Assembly (NCBI GenBank): GCA_964247055.1
Contig: OZ176053.1
Location: 8,804,001 to 8,868,000, forward strand
Direction: 5' to 3'
From: Paragordius varius
Taxonomy: Eukaryota > Animalia > Nematomorpha
DNA: 64,000 bases
Translations under genes and position numbers: made by a program
Shown here: positions 12,001 through 25,807 of the stretch, one piece after another
How the letters are laid out: each line of letters begins with the position of its first letter
Position numbering within the stretch: position 1 is the stretch's first letter
The notes under the pieces: model-generated
What the model saw: only the letters and a program-made list of their open reading frames with translations
The model's database searches: none
What the model was told of the DNA's origin: nothing

Positions 12001-15000
12001 TTAACCTTCCAACATTTTATTCACTCTAAAATAAATTATATGTATTTTAAGATTAAATATTACCTATATTTTTTATTTTTTAAAAAAGAAATTTTGTATG
12101 TAAATAAAATAATACTGAAAAAATAATTTGCCATAAAAACATATTTAATTTTAATGATGACTTATATTAGACCGCAATTTCATAATTTATTTTTAGGGTG
12201 AATTTGAATTGTTCGGACTGTAAATGGTATATTAAAATTTCAAATCGATCTGGGATTTAAAGCTACCCAAAGGTAATTGAGTGTTAATTAATATTAATTT
12301 TAGCGTTAATCAACAAAGATATTTTTCAAAAATTTTGTAAAATAAAAATGGCGCAGAATAGTTTGATATGAAGCTTTTTTTTCAAAACTAAATTTTATAT
12401 ACATATTTTGGCTTATTTATATAACTTTTATAAGGATAGAAGCATTATAAATTAGAACCGTCTGTTTCAGAAGTTTTTTAATTAGATAAATTTAAAATGA
12501 TTTGGATCACTAGTTACCCCAATTTTAATTTCAGTTTAATCTAATAAATAAAATGTCACACGTAGATTTTGTAATCATTCAGTTATTTTCTGACTATATA
12601 AACTTGAAAAAACTGTTACATTGCATGGGCATATTGTTTTGCGTTTTGGAAGTATGAGATAATTTATAAGATATTTGCTATAGGACTAATGATTTGTTTT
12701 AAGGAAAAAGTCAATTACAATATGGATAGTTTTAGAAAGCCAAATGTTATTGTATTAAAGCGTTTTTAAATTTAAATTGTTTAGGTGAACGGTTTTGATT
12801 TTAGTCTTTATATATTAGTATTCAGATATTGAGTACATTTAAGGACCATTTTTTTTCAAGAATTAATGGTAGATATGATTAATTATTATATAATTGGTAG
12901 TTGTAGGACAAAACATACACACTCAATTTATCATTTATAACAATAAGTATGTATAACATTGTCCTCATAGCATATTGACAAATATAATATTTTAAATCTG
13001 ATTTTTTACTTTTTTTGTCTGTCACATGATACATATATATATATCTATATATATATATAGATATGAATTTTACCATTGTAAGACTTTACTAAACGCGTGA
13101 CATATATAATTCAGTAATTTAATCTGAATTAATCGATTTTCCCTTACCACTACTTTGTTTAACTTTAATCCAAATTTTTTGAATTTCTGATTTAAGTGAA
13201 TGTCATCTTTTGGATTATGATTTTTGACATAGGGGTATAAAAATGCAACTCAACAATTTATATCCAAAATACCAGAACTTAGCTATTCTGTATATTTGAT
13301 TTTTTGGAGTTAATATTAATTAAAAATTAAAGTTAAAAATTCCGGTTTTTTCATAATTATAATCAATTTAAATAACTACTATGGCTTAAGTGGGTAATAT
13401 TGGACGATGTTATATTCCCCATTATGTTATACCCTAACATTTTTCTATAAAAATTATTTATTTTTACAAAAATATTCCTTAAATAAATTGAAAAAATTTA
13501 ACTTTTAAAATTTTTCATCAGTCCTATTATCATAAGCCCTCTTATTTACTCTTAGTTGCGCCTTTGTGAAGAAAGTTCTCCTAACTAATTTTAATAATTA
13601 TAAGATGCTAGTATTGACCTATTACGGAAAGTTAAATTTTAACTTTATTGGTCATTTATAGACTTTTCAGCCATCTTTAACAATATTAATGAAACATGTT
13701 TAAAAAAATGATTTTGCCAACCGGCAATGAGTTTTAGTAAAGTGATGTTTTTTTTAAAAAAGTATAAGACGTTGATGCAAGGACCTTAAATGAGAAGGGT
13801 CAGTCTCACATTTTGTGCGTTTTTTACTTCATGTTTAAGGGAATGTCCTAACCAAATTTTCTTATCTCCATATATATATAAATGTATTGTACACATGCAC
13901 ATAATTCAATAAAATATATTATTAATAATGTATTATGAATTAAAAATCGATAAAATTTTTACATCTATTAATATAGAAATGTTATTGAATATTACAAATA
14001 TAATGGGAAAAAAATATACCAACCATATTTTTCTCATTTATAGTATTATTATGCCATACCACACTTAAAAATTATCGCTCATTTGACTAAATATCACACA
14101 CCACACAATCTCACAATATATTAAAATATTTTATTAATGTCTATCTATCTATTGATTAATTGTTTTTCAACAAGTTGGCAATTCAAAAATTGTTATAGAT
14201 AATATATATTCCTCAATCCTCTTAATTTATGATAAAAATTTTTACAGTAGCGCATGGTAAAAAAAGTTTGACCATAACTAAATAAACCAATATAGGGAAA
14301 AAATATTTATAAAAGAATATTTTTTTGGTGCTATATGTCACCAATTCAAACATAAATTTTCGAACTCAATTTTACGCCTTATCCTATTTTTTATGCAAAA
14401 AAATGACCTTAAAATTTACCTTTTCGATCGTTTCAATACGCTTTAATTGGAAAACCCGTTCTTGTTAGTTTTATTATGAATATATGATAATAGTGTCAAA
14501 TATAAATTTTAAATAGCATTTCACGTTAATGAAATTACTTAGGTTTGACAATATAATATCCATATTCTAAAATTGTTATCATATATTTCTATATATTATC
14601 CTTGACTTTTTTTGGGTGGGTAGAAGGCGCATAAAGTTACAATTTTAGCGAAAAATAATCTATACTCATTATATTAGGTAAAAGCACATATTGGTTACAT
14701 AATAGCCAATAGCGCTAATTTATATTATTTTAAAAAAACACTTTCAGATTTTTTGAGAGTAAAAACATTCACCCATTTTATTCATTTCAATCTACACTAA
14801 CTTGTCTTAATATGTTGCCTTCCTTTTTAATCCAAGTTTTTTGCATGTATAATATTTAGCTAGATAATCAAGATGAACAGGCTGCCACTATACGACGTGA
14901 ACTTGATGGTAGAATGCAACAATTGGAACGATGGACAAAAGTAATTGATTTTTACAAAGAAATATTGATTCTAACATATACTTATTTTAAAATAGGATCG

Positions 15001-18000
15001 CAAATCAATGCCAAAATTTGTTTTGCAAAAAGAAATGGAAGGCCTTTACTTGGAGGAAGTACGAAAACAAATTAATCAATTAATGATAAATTTGGAGAGT
15101 TTGCCAGTCACAAAAACGGGTGCAGAGTCCAAATATTCATTGCAGAAATTTAAACATCACCATCATAGGTTTTACCCTGTTCGTTAACGCATATAAAATA
15201 TTATTTGGGGACGGTATTGGGAATTTGTTGCTATTTTTTAGAATATTATTGTTTTAAAAACCAAGACGGATTTAGACATATATAAATTATAAAAAATTGC
15301 ATTATAATATGAAAAAAACTTTCTCATGTTGATTTTTTAGTATCAGAATTTCCAACTCCATTTTATCATTATTTTAAAATATATAGTATATATTTATTTA
15401 TCTGGTAAAATGCAGATGTATAACTTGAACAATGTCCTATTTTTGCATGTGATGTCCTCTTAGTGTCCATTTCATTGAATGTTGAATTCTATGCTATCCA
15501 AATATTCACATTTGTGTGTTCATTAATTATGCATGTAAATTAATATTTATTATACTTCTTTCTGCTAGACTTTATATATATAAGATATATGTCACAGATT
15601 GTTTGACTTATTTTAAAAATTATTTTGCAGTAAAGTAGAAGCATATATAGCAGTATGTTGGAAAGATATTTGGATTTTTCTGCTCGTTTATAAGCCACTT
15701 GTGTAAAATTAACATATAAATTTATTTAGACTATTTGATAAATTTTGCTAAACGAAACGAGATTTTTAAAATATTCTTTTTAGGTTTGGAATATATATTG
15801 CATCTCTTAATTCTTTTATTTACCTGATGATAACAAATGATTTGAATAATATAATGATTTAATAGCGGGTGAGGTATATTTGCCGTTAAAATTTATACTT
15901 TACCTTTAAGAATATAAAAAATATTAAATTGTTTTAACTGTGAAAATTAAGAAATAGTTGGGATTTGAATTTTTAATTAGAGATCAAATTATTGCATGAT
16001 AAATTTTGTACTATATCATAATACATGCCATTTTTTAAACGCAGGCCTTTGCATGAAAAAAATTATCAATATACACTTCTTTTATGTTTATATAATATAT
16101 ATATTATTGTATATTTGTAGTCCGTGCTGGTATATTGTTCACTTTGTGAAAAAACTTGTAGCTTACATATTGGGTATCGAATATGAGTAATTATTTTACG
16201 TCACAATATCACTTTTTTATTTTTTCAAATACACCATTTTAAACATATAAGCTTTTGCACCTTTAGTTGAGGATTTTTGCAGCTAAATACTAGATTTTAT
16301 TAATTAAATAAAATTTTCCTTAACAGTGCTAATAAATTATAATTAACTCAAAAATACAGGCAGAAAATTTAACATATTTTATCTTTTTTTTGTAACTTAA
16401 CTTCATTTGCACATAGATAAATTAATGAAAATTGGCTTTTAACATACATCAAAGTCACAAATTTTGTCAAAAAAATTATATTTTACGGCCTTTTATGTTA
16501 TTTACCACACCTAATAGCCATGTTTTTAGGACCGCACTTTTTTTTCAATTTTTACATTCCATTGATGTAGTGTTAATTTAAGAGAAGTGTGTGTGTGTGT
16601 GTCTATGTGTTTTTTAGAGCGCATCTGCGAAATTTATGTTTGCAATATACGTGTGATTTATATACAAATTACACAACACATTTTTATTAAATTAAATAGA
16701 TCTACCGCCTCTCTTAGTAAAATCGATTTTATGGACACGGGAGAAACGGCACTATCCAAATTGGATGTTGTGTTATCGTTTAATTTAGAAGTATATCTAT
16801 CTTATACATTTCAACACTCCTAACTAATGCTATAATATAATATTGGAATTTTCTCTTTTATAAGGTTATCATAATGGAAGTCAAAGGAATCACGAATGTC
16901 AGTCCAAACAAACAAATTTATTGCACTATGGAAGTCGATGGTGGCGAAAAATTGCAAACTGAAATGGTCGAAGTTGCAAAACCAGTGTATGACATTTTTA
17001 TAGATTGCTTTAAATATGGGATTGCCTTTTTGTTGCGGTAATAACTATTTATCAATAAACTAAAATTGAATGTTTTTGCATTAATGTTCAAAAACAAGTT
17101 TTATTACACTCTACTCGGTTTTGAAGATAGATAATTTGATATAGTTATTATATTTGATCTAGCAAATATTACCATATAAAATTATTTAAACATAGATGGG
17201 ATAGTCAAGGTGATTTTACCACGACACATCCTCTCCCAGTCGTTAAGGTAAAATTATTTGTCAAAAGCCATGGTGTCCTTAAATTGGAGGATAAAGAATT
17301 GGGTCGAGTCTTTATAAAACCTACACCATTTGCATCCAAAGTCCCGGAATGGTATACGATGGAAGCCCCAAACACAAAAAGTAGCAGTTCTCATCATTTA
17401 CATCAATCATCGTCACACCACACTTCAACACTCAATCTTTCGACATCGACAAATTTGACCGATCTAAGGATTAGAATAGCTGTTCGGATGGATAAACCGC
17501 AAAATATGAAGCACGGTGGTTACCTCTATGCCAAAGGCACCAAAAGTTATTGGAAAAAGTGGAGAAAAAGATACTTTGTATTGGTGCAGGTAAAATATAA
17601 GTTTTATCTTTTATCAGTAATAATAACGAGTGTCTGATGTATTGTTTTTTTCTATGTTTTGCGGTTGTATGCGTTTTTAACATCAATTTTTTGTTCTTCT
17701 AGTGATTGTTTTGTGCCATGTTTTAAAGAGATACCCTGATAGAGCTTTTGAATCTAATTTATGATGCTGCATCTTTTTCAAAATATATTATATATGTTTA
17801 GTTGAATAAAGGATTTTTGATAATCATATCTTAATTTTTCATTTTTGTATTTTTGGGATTAATCTACACTTTTAATCTTAATTAACAAGGTAAGCATTAA
17901 TTTTTACATCGTTTTATCCTGTAATATTTGGAAAATATTTTACATAATAATTTGTAATTTACTAATGTTTTTACATTAATTATTCAAATTAACCTTTTTT

Positions 18001-21000
18001 GTATCAAGGTGTCTCAATACACATTCGCAATGTGCAGTTATCGAGAAAAGAAAACAGATCCACGAGAAATGATGCAACTTGATGGATTTACAGTTGATTT
18101 TGCTCAACCCCAACCTGGTATTTTTATTTTTTTTATAATACTAAAATTTAGAAAAGCGATACTTTTAAAATAAAAGTTATGTAAGTTCAATATATGTAAT
18201 TCATATTTATATGAGTAAACAATGACATTACCTATAATAAAATTACACATAAATTTTGCTAATTTAATGTACATATTATATATATAAATATAACTGCTTT
18301 TAAATATAAATATTTAGCATGTACATACTATAATTTGTTAAAAAATAATTAAAATTTTTCAGGTTTGATTGGTGGAAAATACTTTTTTACTGCCGTAAAA
18401 GAAGGGGAAAATGTTTTGTTTGCCGCTGATGAGGAAAGTGAACGTTCCCTTTGGGTCCAAGCTCTGTGTCGCGCAACTGGACAATCACATAGACCCATAG
18501 CCCCATCTCCCCTCCTTAATGATAAGGGTTAGTTAGTTTTTATTATTGTATTAACAAATAATTTAACCTTTTTTGACATATCAAAGACCACCGTTTTTTC
18601 ACGTAAACTATTTTTTATTTATGTTAAGGCTTAAACTTTAACATTTGTGTATAATTAACCGAATAGAATACAGTTTGGCAGTACTTTAAATTAGTTATAA
18701 TAATTTTATCCAAATGTCACATGTATCTGTGAATTATCTAAGTGTTGACGTTCAACAGGCTGTATTTTGTAATAATATTAAATTTTTGAAGGATTTATAA
18801 AAAAAATCGCACCATTTTAAAGTTATATTCTTACATGTATATTAAGAATCTGATCGAATGCGCAAACATGGTATGGATGAATTGGTGCAAGCCGATCCCT
18901 GTAAATTTGATCATAATGCATTCTTTACACTCTTGCAAAAATTGACGCTTGATCACAGGTTGGAGGAACCTATTGCTTCTTTGGTAACTTGCTTTTTTAA
19001 CTTTTTAGCCGAATAAATATTAGAGGGGATATTAAAAAATAAGGAACATTATATTTGCAATTTATCTTGAATTGTGATACGCATAATGACTCTGGTGTTA
19101 ATAAATTCATGGGTATTTATAGGCATCATGATGATTTTTAAAATATAAAAATGTTTAAAAAAATTATTATAATAATATTTTATTAATTGTATATAACCAT
19201 TAATATATTCTGTGCATATTTTAAAGAGATAAATTTTTGACTCTATATGAGTATACGGCATTAATTTAAAAGTTATATTCGCTCAAAGTTGAGCACATTC
19301 CCACAAACTTATTAATTTGGCTATTATTAAGGCATGCTAATTACGTTATTAACGCTAAAAAAGCTTATAAAATTTAATGTTGTAAGATAGGAAGGAAATT
19401 GTAATTTTAACCGTTTGTTCTTTTTTACCCATAATAATATACAGTTTAGAGTCTCTTTTTCCTTTTTTATTAAAGGGTAAGGACTTAAATTGTATCCGGA
19501 CATGGGCTTTAACACTCGCCTGTCCAGGGCTGACAGTGATGATGGAAAAATTGCGTAGTTTTCGGGTTCGAACTCTGGCACGCAGTGTAAGAGCCCGGCG
19601 CTCTACCTACTATACCATCACGCCTTTTTATGATACTGTATTGACAATTGGCCAAGGGGATAATAAGAATGCATATTGTAAAAATGTAGGGTTGGTTTAG
19701 CCCAGGTCAAATTTATATCCTTGAAGAATATTGCGGCCGTTATGGGGTTCGCGGTTGTATGAGACACCTTGGCTACCTTGACAATCTCATAACCCAAGCT
19801 CAATTGGGCGTTATGATAGATCCGACACTTCTCCATTATTCATATGCATTTACCGCTTCACATGTCCATGGCAATCGGTTTTGTTTATTTATTATTACGT
19901 TTTTTTTATAAATTATAGAATTATACAATAGCAAAATATTTTTGAAAACAGGCTTTTATAATTCCCATAAAATGGGAAACAATATATATTTAACGTTAAC
20001 ATTTGCAAAAAATTTGGATGCGTGGTAACTATTAAAAATTAATTTATCTTATATTGCCAACAAATATTCTTTAATTAATTTAATATTTTCATTAGACCTG
20101 ATGGGATTGGGACAGTTTTATACGAAGAGAAAGAAAAATTTGACCTTATTAAAGACAAAATTCGCATACTTTTGGAACATCAGATCGCAAATTTTAGGTA
20201 TTTATTTATTAATTTAAAATTCGCGAAATTTCTTAAACTACTAACTGATTCATTTCTTTTATTGGTAGGTATTGTTTCCCTTTCGGCCGGCCCGAAGGTG
20301 CTCTTAAATCTAGTCTCTCACTTTTAGAACGGGTATCTATTAATATTACTTATTTTGTTGACTGATACTTAGGCTAAAAACTAAAAGTATATGCATAAAT
20401 TTATTTTGGCTAATTAGGTTCTTATGAAAGATATTATGACCCCGGCCTCACCAGATGAAGTTAAAAATGTGATTCGACAATGCCTAGAAAAAGCCGCACT
20501 TGTAAACTATACTAAAATATCTTCTTTTGCTCAAACTGAAAGTATATACCATTCAAAATTAAATAAAATAATTTATGATAACATGTAAGCTTAAATTTTT
20601 ACACAATATGTGACATATAGTATCCGTTTCAACCGTGCCTATAAAAAAGAAAATTGATGATCTTTTAACGCTTGCCGAAATGTGTATAGAATTGCTGCAG
20701 CAAAATGAAGAATACCATTCTGAGGTCACAATTTTTTTATTTATAAGATTATTGATATCATAAGAAACCTTTTAATTAAATTTTTATATAATATTTACTT
20801 TTGATAGGCTTTTTCTTGGTTCAAAGATGTTATGGTGGAACACGAAGAAATATTTTGGTCGCTTTTTGCGGTTGATATGGATGCAACAGTGGATAGCCTC
20901 AATCCGGATTGCTGGGATGCGTTTCCACTTTTCACATTGCTAAACAATTATCTCATGCAATCTGGTAAAATATATATAACTCTTTACAACTTTTTGAGCT

Positions 21001-23390
21001 ATCTATACCATTAGTTTTATGGCTATTGAACACGAGATTACTAATTATAAAAATGGCCATAAATTGTATATTTTCTGTCGTAGAAACCTTAAAAAGTGGC
21101 AAGTTTCATCAACATTTACAAGATTTGTTTGCACCAATGGTGATTCGATACGTTGACCTTATGGAATCATCCATAGCCCAATCCATTCATCGTGGTTTGG
21201 AAAGGGAGCGTTGGGAAACGAAAGGGTATGCCTCTACTCTAACATATAAATATGGCATTTTATTTTTAGCATGAATTGGATTGGCCGAATATTTTAGATT
21301 CTTAATATTTATCGCTTTAGCTTGTTTTTATGGTACATTTCTTTAGGTATGGTGGTAAAATGTTTAAAACATTAAACCTGTACATTATGAATAATTTTAG
21401 GCTTAAACCATAAAATTGAATAATTTCATATTACCTTTTAATTGAAAAATGAAAAATATAAGCTAAATTTGATTAATACTAGTAACGGGTGTCAAACATC
21501 GGAGGATATGTTTTGGAAGTTGTCTTCACTACAAACCTTTATTCAACAGCTGGCTTGGCCAGACGAAGTTTTTGCCAAACATCTCGAACAAAGGCTAAAA
21601 CTCATGGCTTCTGACATGATTGAGTCCTGCGTTTCCCGGTTTATATTCATAATCATATGTTGAATTTCAACTATATATTTTATAAAATTAAATATATTTA
21701 TTCTAAAAATAGTGATATTATGATATCGAATAAATGAATTAATGTAGATTTATTTTCATCATATTCTGACTTTGTTGGATGTATTTGGATAAAAAATCTA
21801 AATGAAAAAAATCTGAAAGGCACGTAATTTGGCACAAAACTTTTATATGTGATTATGTTTTATATATATTTGAATGACTAAATATGATCTTAAAATCAAA
21901 AATTTAATGACGCTTTAACTTTTGTGATTATCTTAATATCATAGTACATTCAATAACTTCGATATTTTGCTCAATCGAAATCGTAAAACAACCGATTATG
22001 TCTTACCACTAGAAGCCTGCACAATGATAAATGTTGTTATAGACGCGAAAAATAAGGTATTAAATAGAATAAAACTGATTTTTTTATTAATTTAAAGTTA
22101 TTTTTGTGCAAAAGCTATCTTATTTATTGCTCTGCCTTGCTAAATAATTATTATATTTTAGAGTTTTCAATTATGCGGCATCGAAGGACATGATGTGGTA
22201 TGATATTAATGTTCAATTTATTATCTTTTTTATGCAAGATTTTATCATTTTTTATGTAATGGTTTTACAGCATCAATACCATACGAAAATAGACGAATAT
22301 CTTGATCAAGTTCAAACTAATATGCAAACGATATTGATTGAAAAGGTAAATTGTACATTTTTATAATTCGTATATTTTATAGTTTAACGAAGTTCTTATC
22401 GGAATACTCACAAAGCTGTCTCGATATGACGAAAATACCATATTTTCATCCATTCTTACGCTCGCAGTACGTATATAAATTATTACATACGAATATTTGA
22501 TAAAAAAACTGCTTTCTGTATTATATTATGATCGAATTGTTCATAGCTACGGCAAAAATAACTAGTCAAATTTTTTTAAATGGTATAAAATGTATAATAT
22601 AATTGAATTAAACTCAAATTTATCGTGTTTTTTTAAAGTTATCATTTTCATGTTTGGTATTTAATAGTGGTGATTAAACAAAAAAAATAATTTAATTGAT
22701 TAAACTTCTTAAGTTTGTTACAACATTTATTTTTAATTGTAGTATAAATTGAGGTAATTGCCCATGAATACCGCATTTATAAAAGGAGGATTACTTTTGT
22801 ATGTTTATACCAAAATAAATGCTGAAAATCATTTCTAATATAATTTCCATTATTTTCTGATTTTTAAAAAGAAACCTACAAATGAATTGGGAATCGCCTA
22901 TGTATCATTTATGCGCAACAATTTGGAACAAATCCGACAAAAATTAATTGATGATCTCTATGTTTTACACATCTTTGAAGTTTATTACTAATATTTTGTA
23001 TGCGTGTGTTTACTTTTTTATAATTTTTTTTTATTTTATTAATATATTTTAGAATTGGTATACTGCCACAATGAACATAGTATGTGATTGGCTTACTGAA
23101 CGTATAAATATATCCTTACATCCTTATCAATTCACATGTCTAAACTACATTGTGCGAGTGAGTGTTCTTACATTTTGACATATTTAAAAACTAAATAAAT
23201 TTCTTTGCTTATCATTTTGCAGAAATGTTACTCCGATTTTGAACTCCAAGGTGTTTCAGAAAATGTATTAAACAACAAATTATTAACCACGATTCAAGCT
23301 CGCCTAAAATTAGAGGAAGCTACGATTTCAATCGCATCTACTGCGGGTGGATCATCAGCCAATTCTGATATGTCATTTTTGAATGGATGA
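9010..23390 (+). CDS. CADPS: Calcium-dependent secretion activator (CAPS/unc-31), complete, 24 exons
   Basis: Exons 9010-9981, 14860-14940, 14996-15168, 16700-16790, 16865-16986, 17196-17589, 18009-18117, 18363-18527, 18847-18983, 19690-19877, 20096-20197, 20269-20332, 20418-20541, 20621-20724, 20808-20964, 21084-21225, 21483-21638, 21945-22056, 22162-22197, 22271-22345, 22383-22466, 22872-22979, 23053-23157, 23223-23390; all GT-AG and in frame. Motifs: [29 protein letters not shown]2 ([14 protein letters not shown]), PH ([37 protein letters not shown]), DUF1041/MHD ([30 protein letters not shown]). Confidence 0.97.
10223..10804. mobile_element. TTAA-flanked MITE, ~580 bp, in CADPS intron 1
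   Basis: TTAA (10219-10222) CACTTGGATAC ... AAGTG TTAA (10805-10808). Confidence 0.8.
19442..19624 (-). mobile_element. tRNA-derived SINE (longer copy) in CADPS intron 9
   Basis: Minus strand GGCGTGATGGTATAGTAGGTAGAGCGCCGGGCTCTTACACTGCGTGCCAGAGTTCGAACCC..., ending GAGACTCTAAACTG like the 5085 copy. Confidence 0.75.
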
Positions 23391-24129
23391 AAAATATAAT
23401 CAAATTATTTTGTAGGTAAATAAAAATTATATTGTATCAATGGTTTTTTTACGCTCAAAAAGTTTTTATTTTTTATTAGAATGTTTGAATAATTTATAAC
23501 CATTTTAAATGTTTAAAAGGTATCATCGTTTTTCATTTTTATTTGTATGTAGGCGGTGCATTTTGGATCATGTGATTTTATTTTAAATAATATATTAAAG
23601 GTATCATAATCATTAATAAGTGTTAAAACTAATGATGTTCTAATAAAATAGATATTTTTATTTTATATTTTTAACCTTTTTTATCTATATAATTCAGATT
23701 TTGGAAGAATATTGCAACAGCTTGTAAATCATTCCTTATCTCAACATTCCCTGATATTTTAATATGTATACTGCACTTTAAGAGTATATTTTGCAATAAA
23801 TTATTATACGTCAAATATAATTGGAGAAAGTTTTAAAATATTTTAATAATTTAAAATTAAGTTTGCATTAAGAAATTATTTTTCTCATTCATTGATAATA
23901 TACATTTTTTCTTGATAGCATTTAGACAAATTTCAATACATCGCTTAAACTCAAAAATCGATTTCAAAAATATTACCATATAATTAGTTTACAACACGAC
24001 AACTTTACTAAGAGAGAAGAAATTTTTAGTGTTACTAAATATAATGTGAATATGCACTCATATAAAACCAGTCAAATCTACCCGTTTTTTATGTTTGATA
24101 ATTTTACAGAACTCATATATTAGACCGAA

Positions 24130-24340
24130 TGCTTTATTTAACCTTTTAGGAGCATAATACAAGATTTTTTAAGAAAATGTAAAATTGTAAAAAAACCTCA
24201 TCTCAAACTTTTTCGGCGCCATTTTTTTCTTCAAATTTTTTTATTAGACTTATACAATAGGCAAATAAATTTATTTTGGTTAGAAAATGTAAATTAACTA
24301 CAAATACAATGAGCTATGGGATATAAAACTAATCTTTCCT
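24130..24340. repeat. Representative of a second dispersed MITE-like family
   Basis: The motif ctcaaacttttcggcgccattttt and its flanks recur at ~360, ~6480, ~11830 (inverted), ~28570 (inverted) and ~29580. Ends were not defined. Confidence 0.45.
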
Positions 24341-25807
24341 CGCGGACAAAAGAGTTTAAGGTCATGAAATGTAAAAATAAAATTATAATTTTAGAGTTAT
24401 TAACTTTGGTTTTTAAATCAAATTGTGTTTTTGTGTGATGGCTTTATAACTATTAGGAAATTTAACACTGTTTTTCATACAAATACACTTTATTTTAGGG
24501 TAAAACTGGTTATGGTGTCTATGATTTTTAAATATAAATATTGACAAAGCTAGGTATTTTGCTCAAAAAAACACATTATATATGGGATAATTTACAAATA
24601 TATTTCAATTCATATATTGTATCGAATATATGTAAAATATTTGATGGTGATGTTTACGGTATTATGAACGAGCATTGCATGCTCGCATTTTGCCAAATTT
24701 TGATTCAAATATTTCGCATTAATAAAATCGTACTCTATTTGTAAACATGTTTACCAACCAGTCTTAAAAATATCGAATCCAGGTTGATTTCTAAACGTTG
24801 CCGGCAAAGAAGTACCTAAAAATTAAGTGCTCCGAAATCGGCTCTTGCAGTTTGGAATCGATTCAAACTTGAATTGATTTTAACTATATTGTTTTTAATC
24901 ATATATTTGCATGTAAACAAACATCTATACCATTTTCGCAAAGGGAAATCTAATCGTTTGTGAATTTTTCTAACAATAATGTTTTTTAAAAAAATATTTT
25001 TACCAAACAAACTGATGCAAAAAATAAAATATAATAATTAAAAAAAATCTTTTTCTGCTTTAAAAATATTATCTTAGTTGTTAAACATATATGAAAATAT
25101 AAATTAATAAAACCAAACAGACGCCTGAATATAAAAACTGTCTATTGTGGATTATGTGACCAGAAACAGGATAGTCTCAATCCAATAGAAGGGTCAAAAC
25201 ATACAGGTTCTGGTTCCAAATGGGAAGCTTTAATTATAAACTATATGGTTAAATTGGCCATTTTATTGTATCGCTTTTTATATCTATCAAAAGGATTTTT
25301 TTTATTACTTGTGATGTACTATAGTTGTTTAAACACTCAAATAATTAATAAAATATTAGCTTTAGCTTTTAATACTAAAGCAGTTTTATTCTAAAATACT
25401 AGTTTATTTTTAAATCAGCTCAAACTGCCTTAAATTGACAAACTACCTATAATTTGTCAATATTGACATTGAAGCTAGGTAATATAACTCTTTAAGACAT
25501 ATACTAATGATATATTAATAAAATTACATTATATGTATATACATATATAACAATTGTATGTGTGGAACCTCTACATTTTTTGGCATATTTACTTATGGAG
25601 TAATTATCGTGCGCAAAAATTTAAACAAATAAAAAAATTAATTTCATCAGTGAAAATTGGCTTATATTATAGAATAAACAAAAGGTTCCGGTTTCATCCA
25701 ATATCAACATTCTACTTGGCTCAAAAACGCGACACCTATATATAATGGGTGTTATAAACTAAAAATTAATTGTACAAATTTTTAAGGATTCCCCTTATAT
25801 CAAATTT

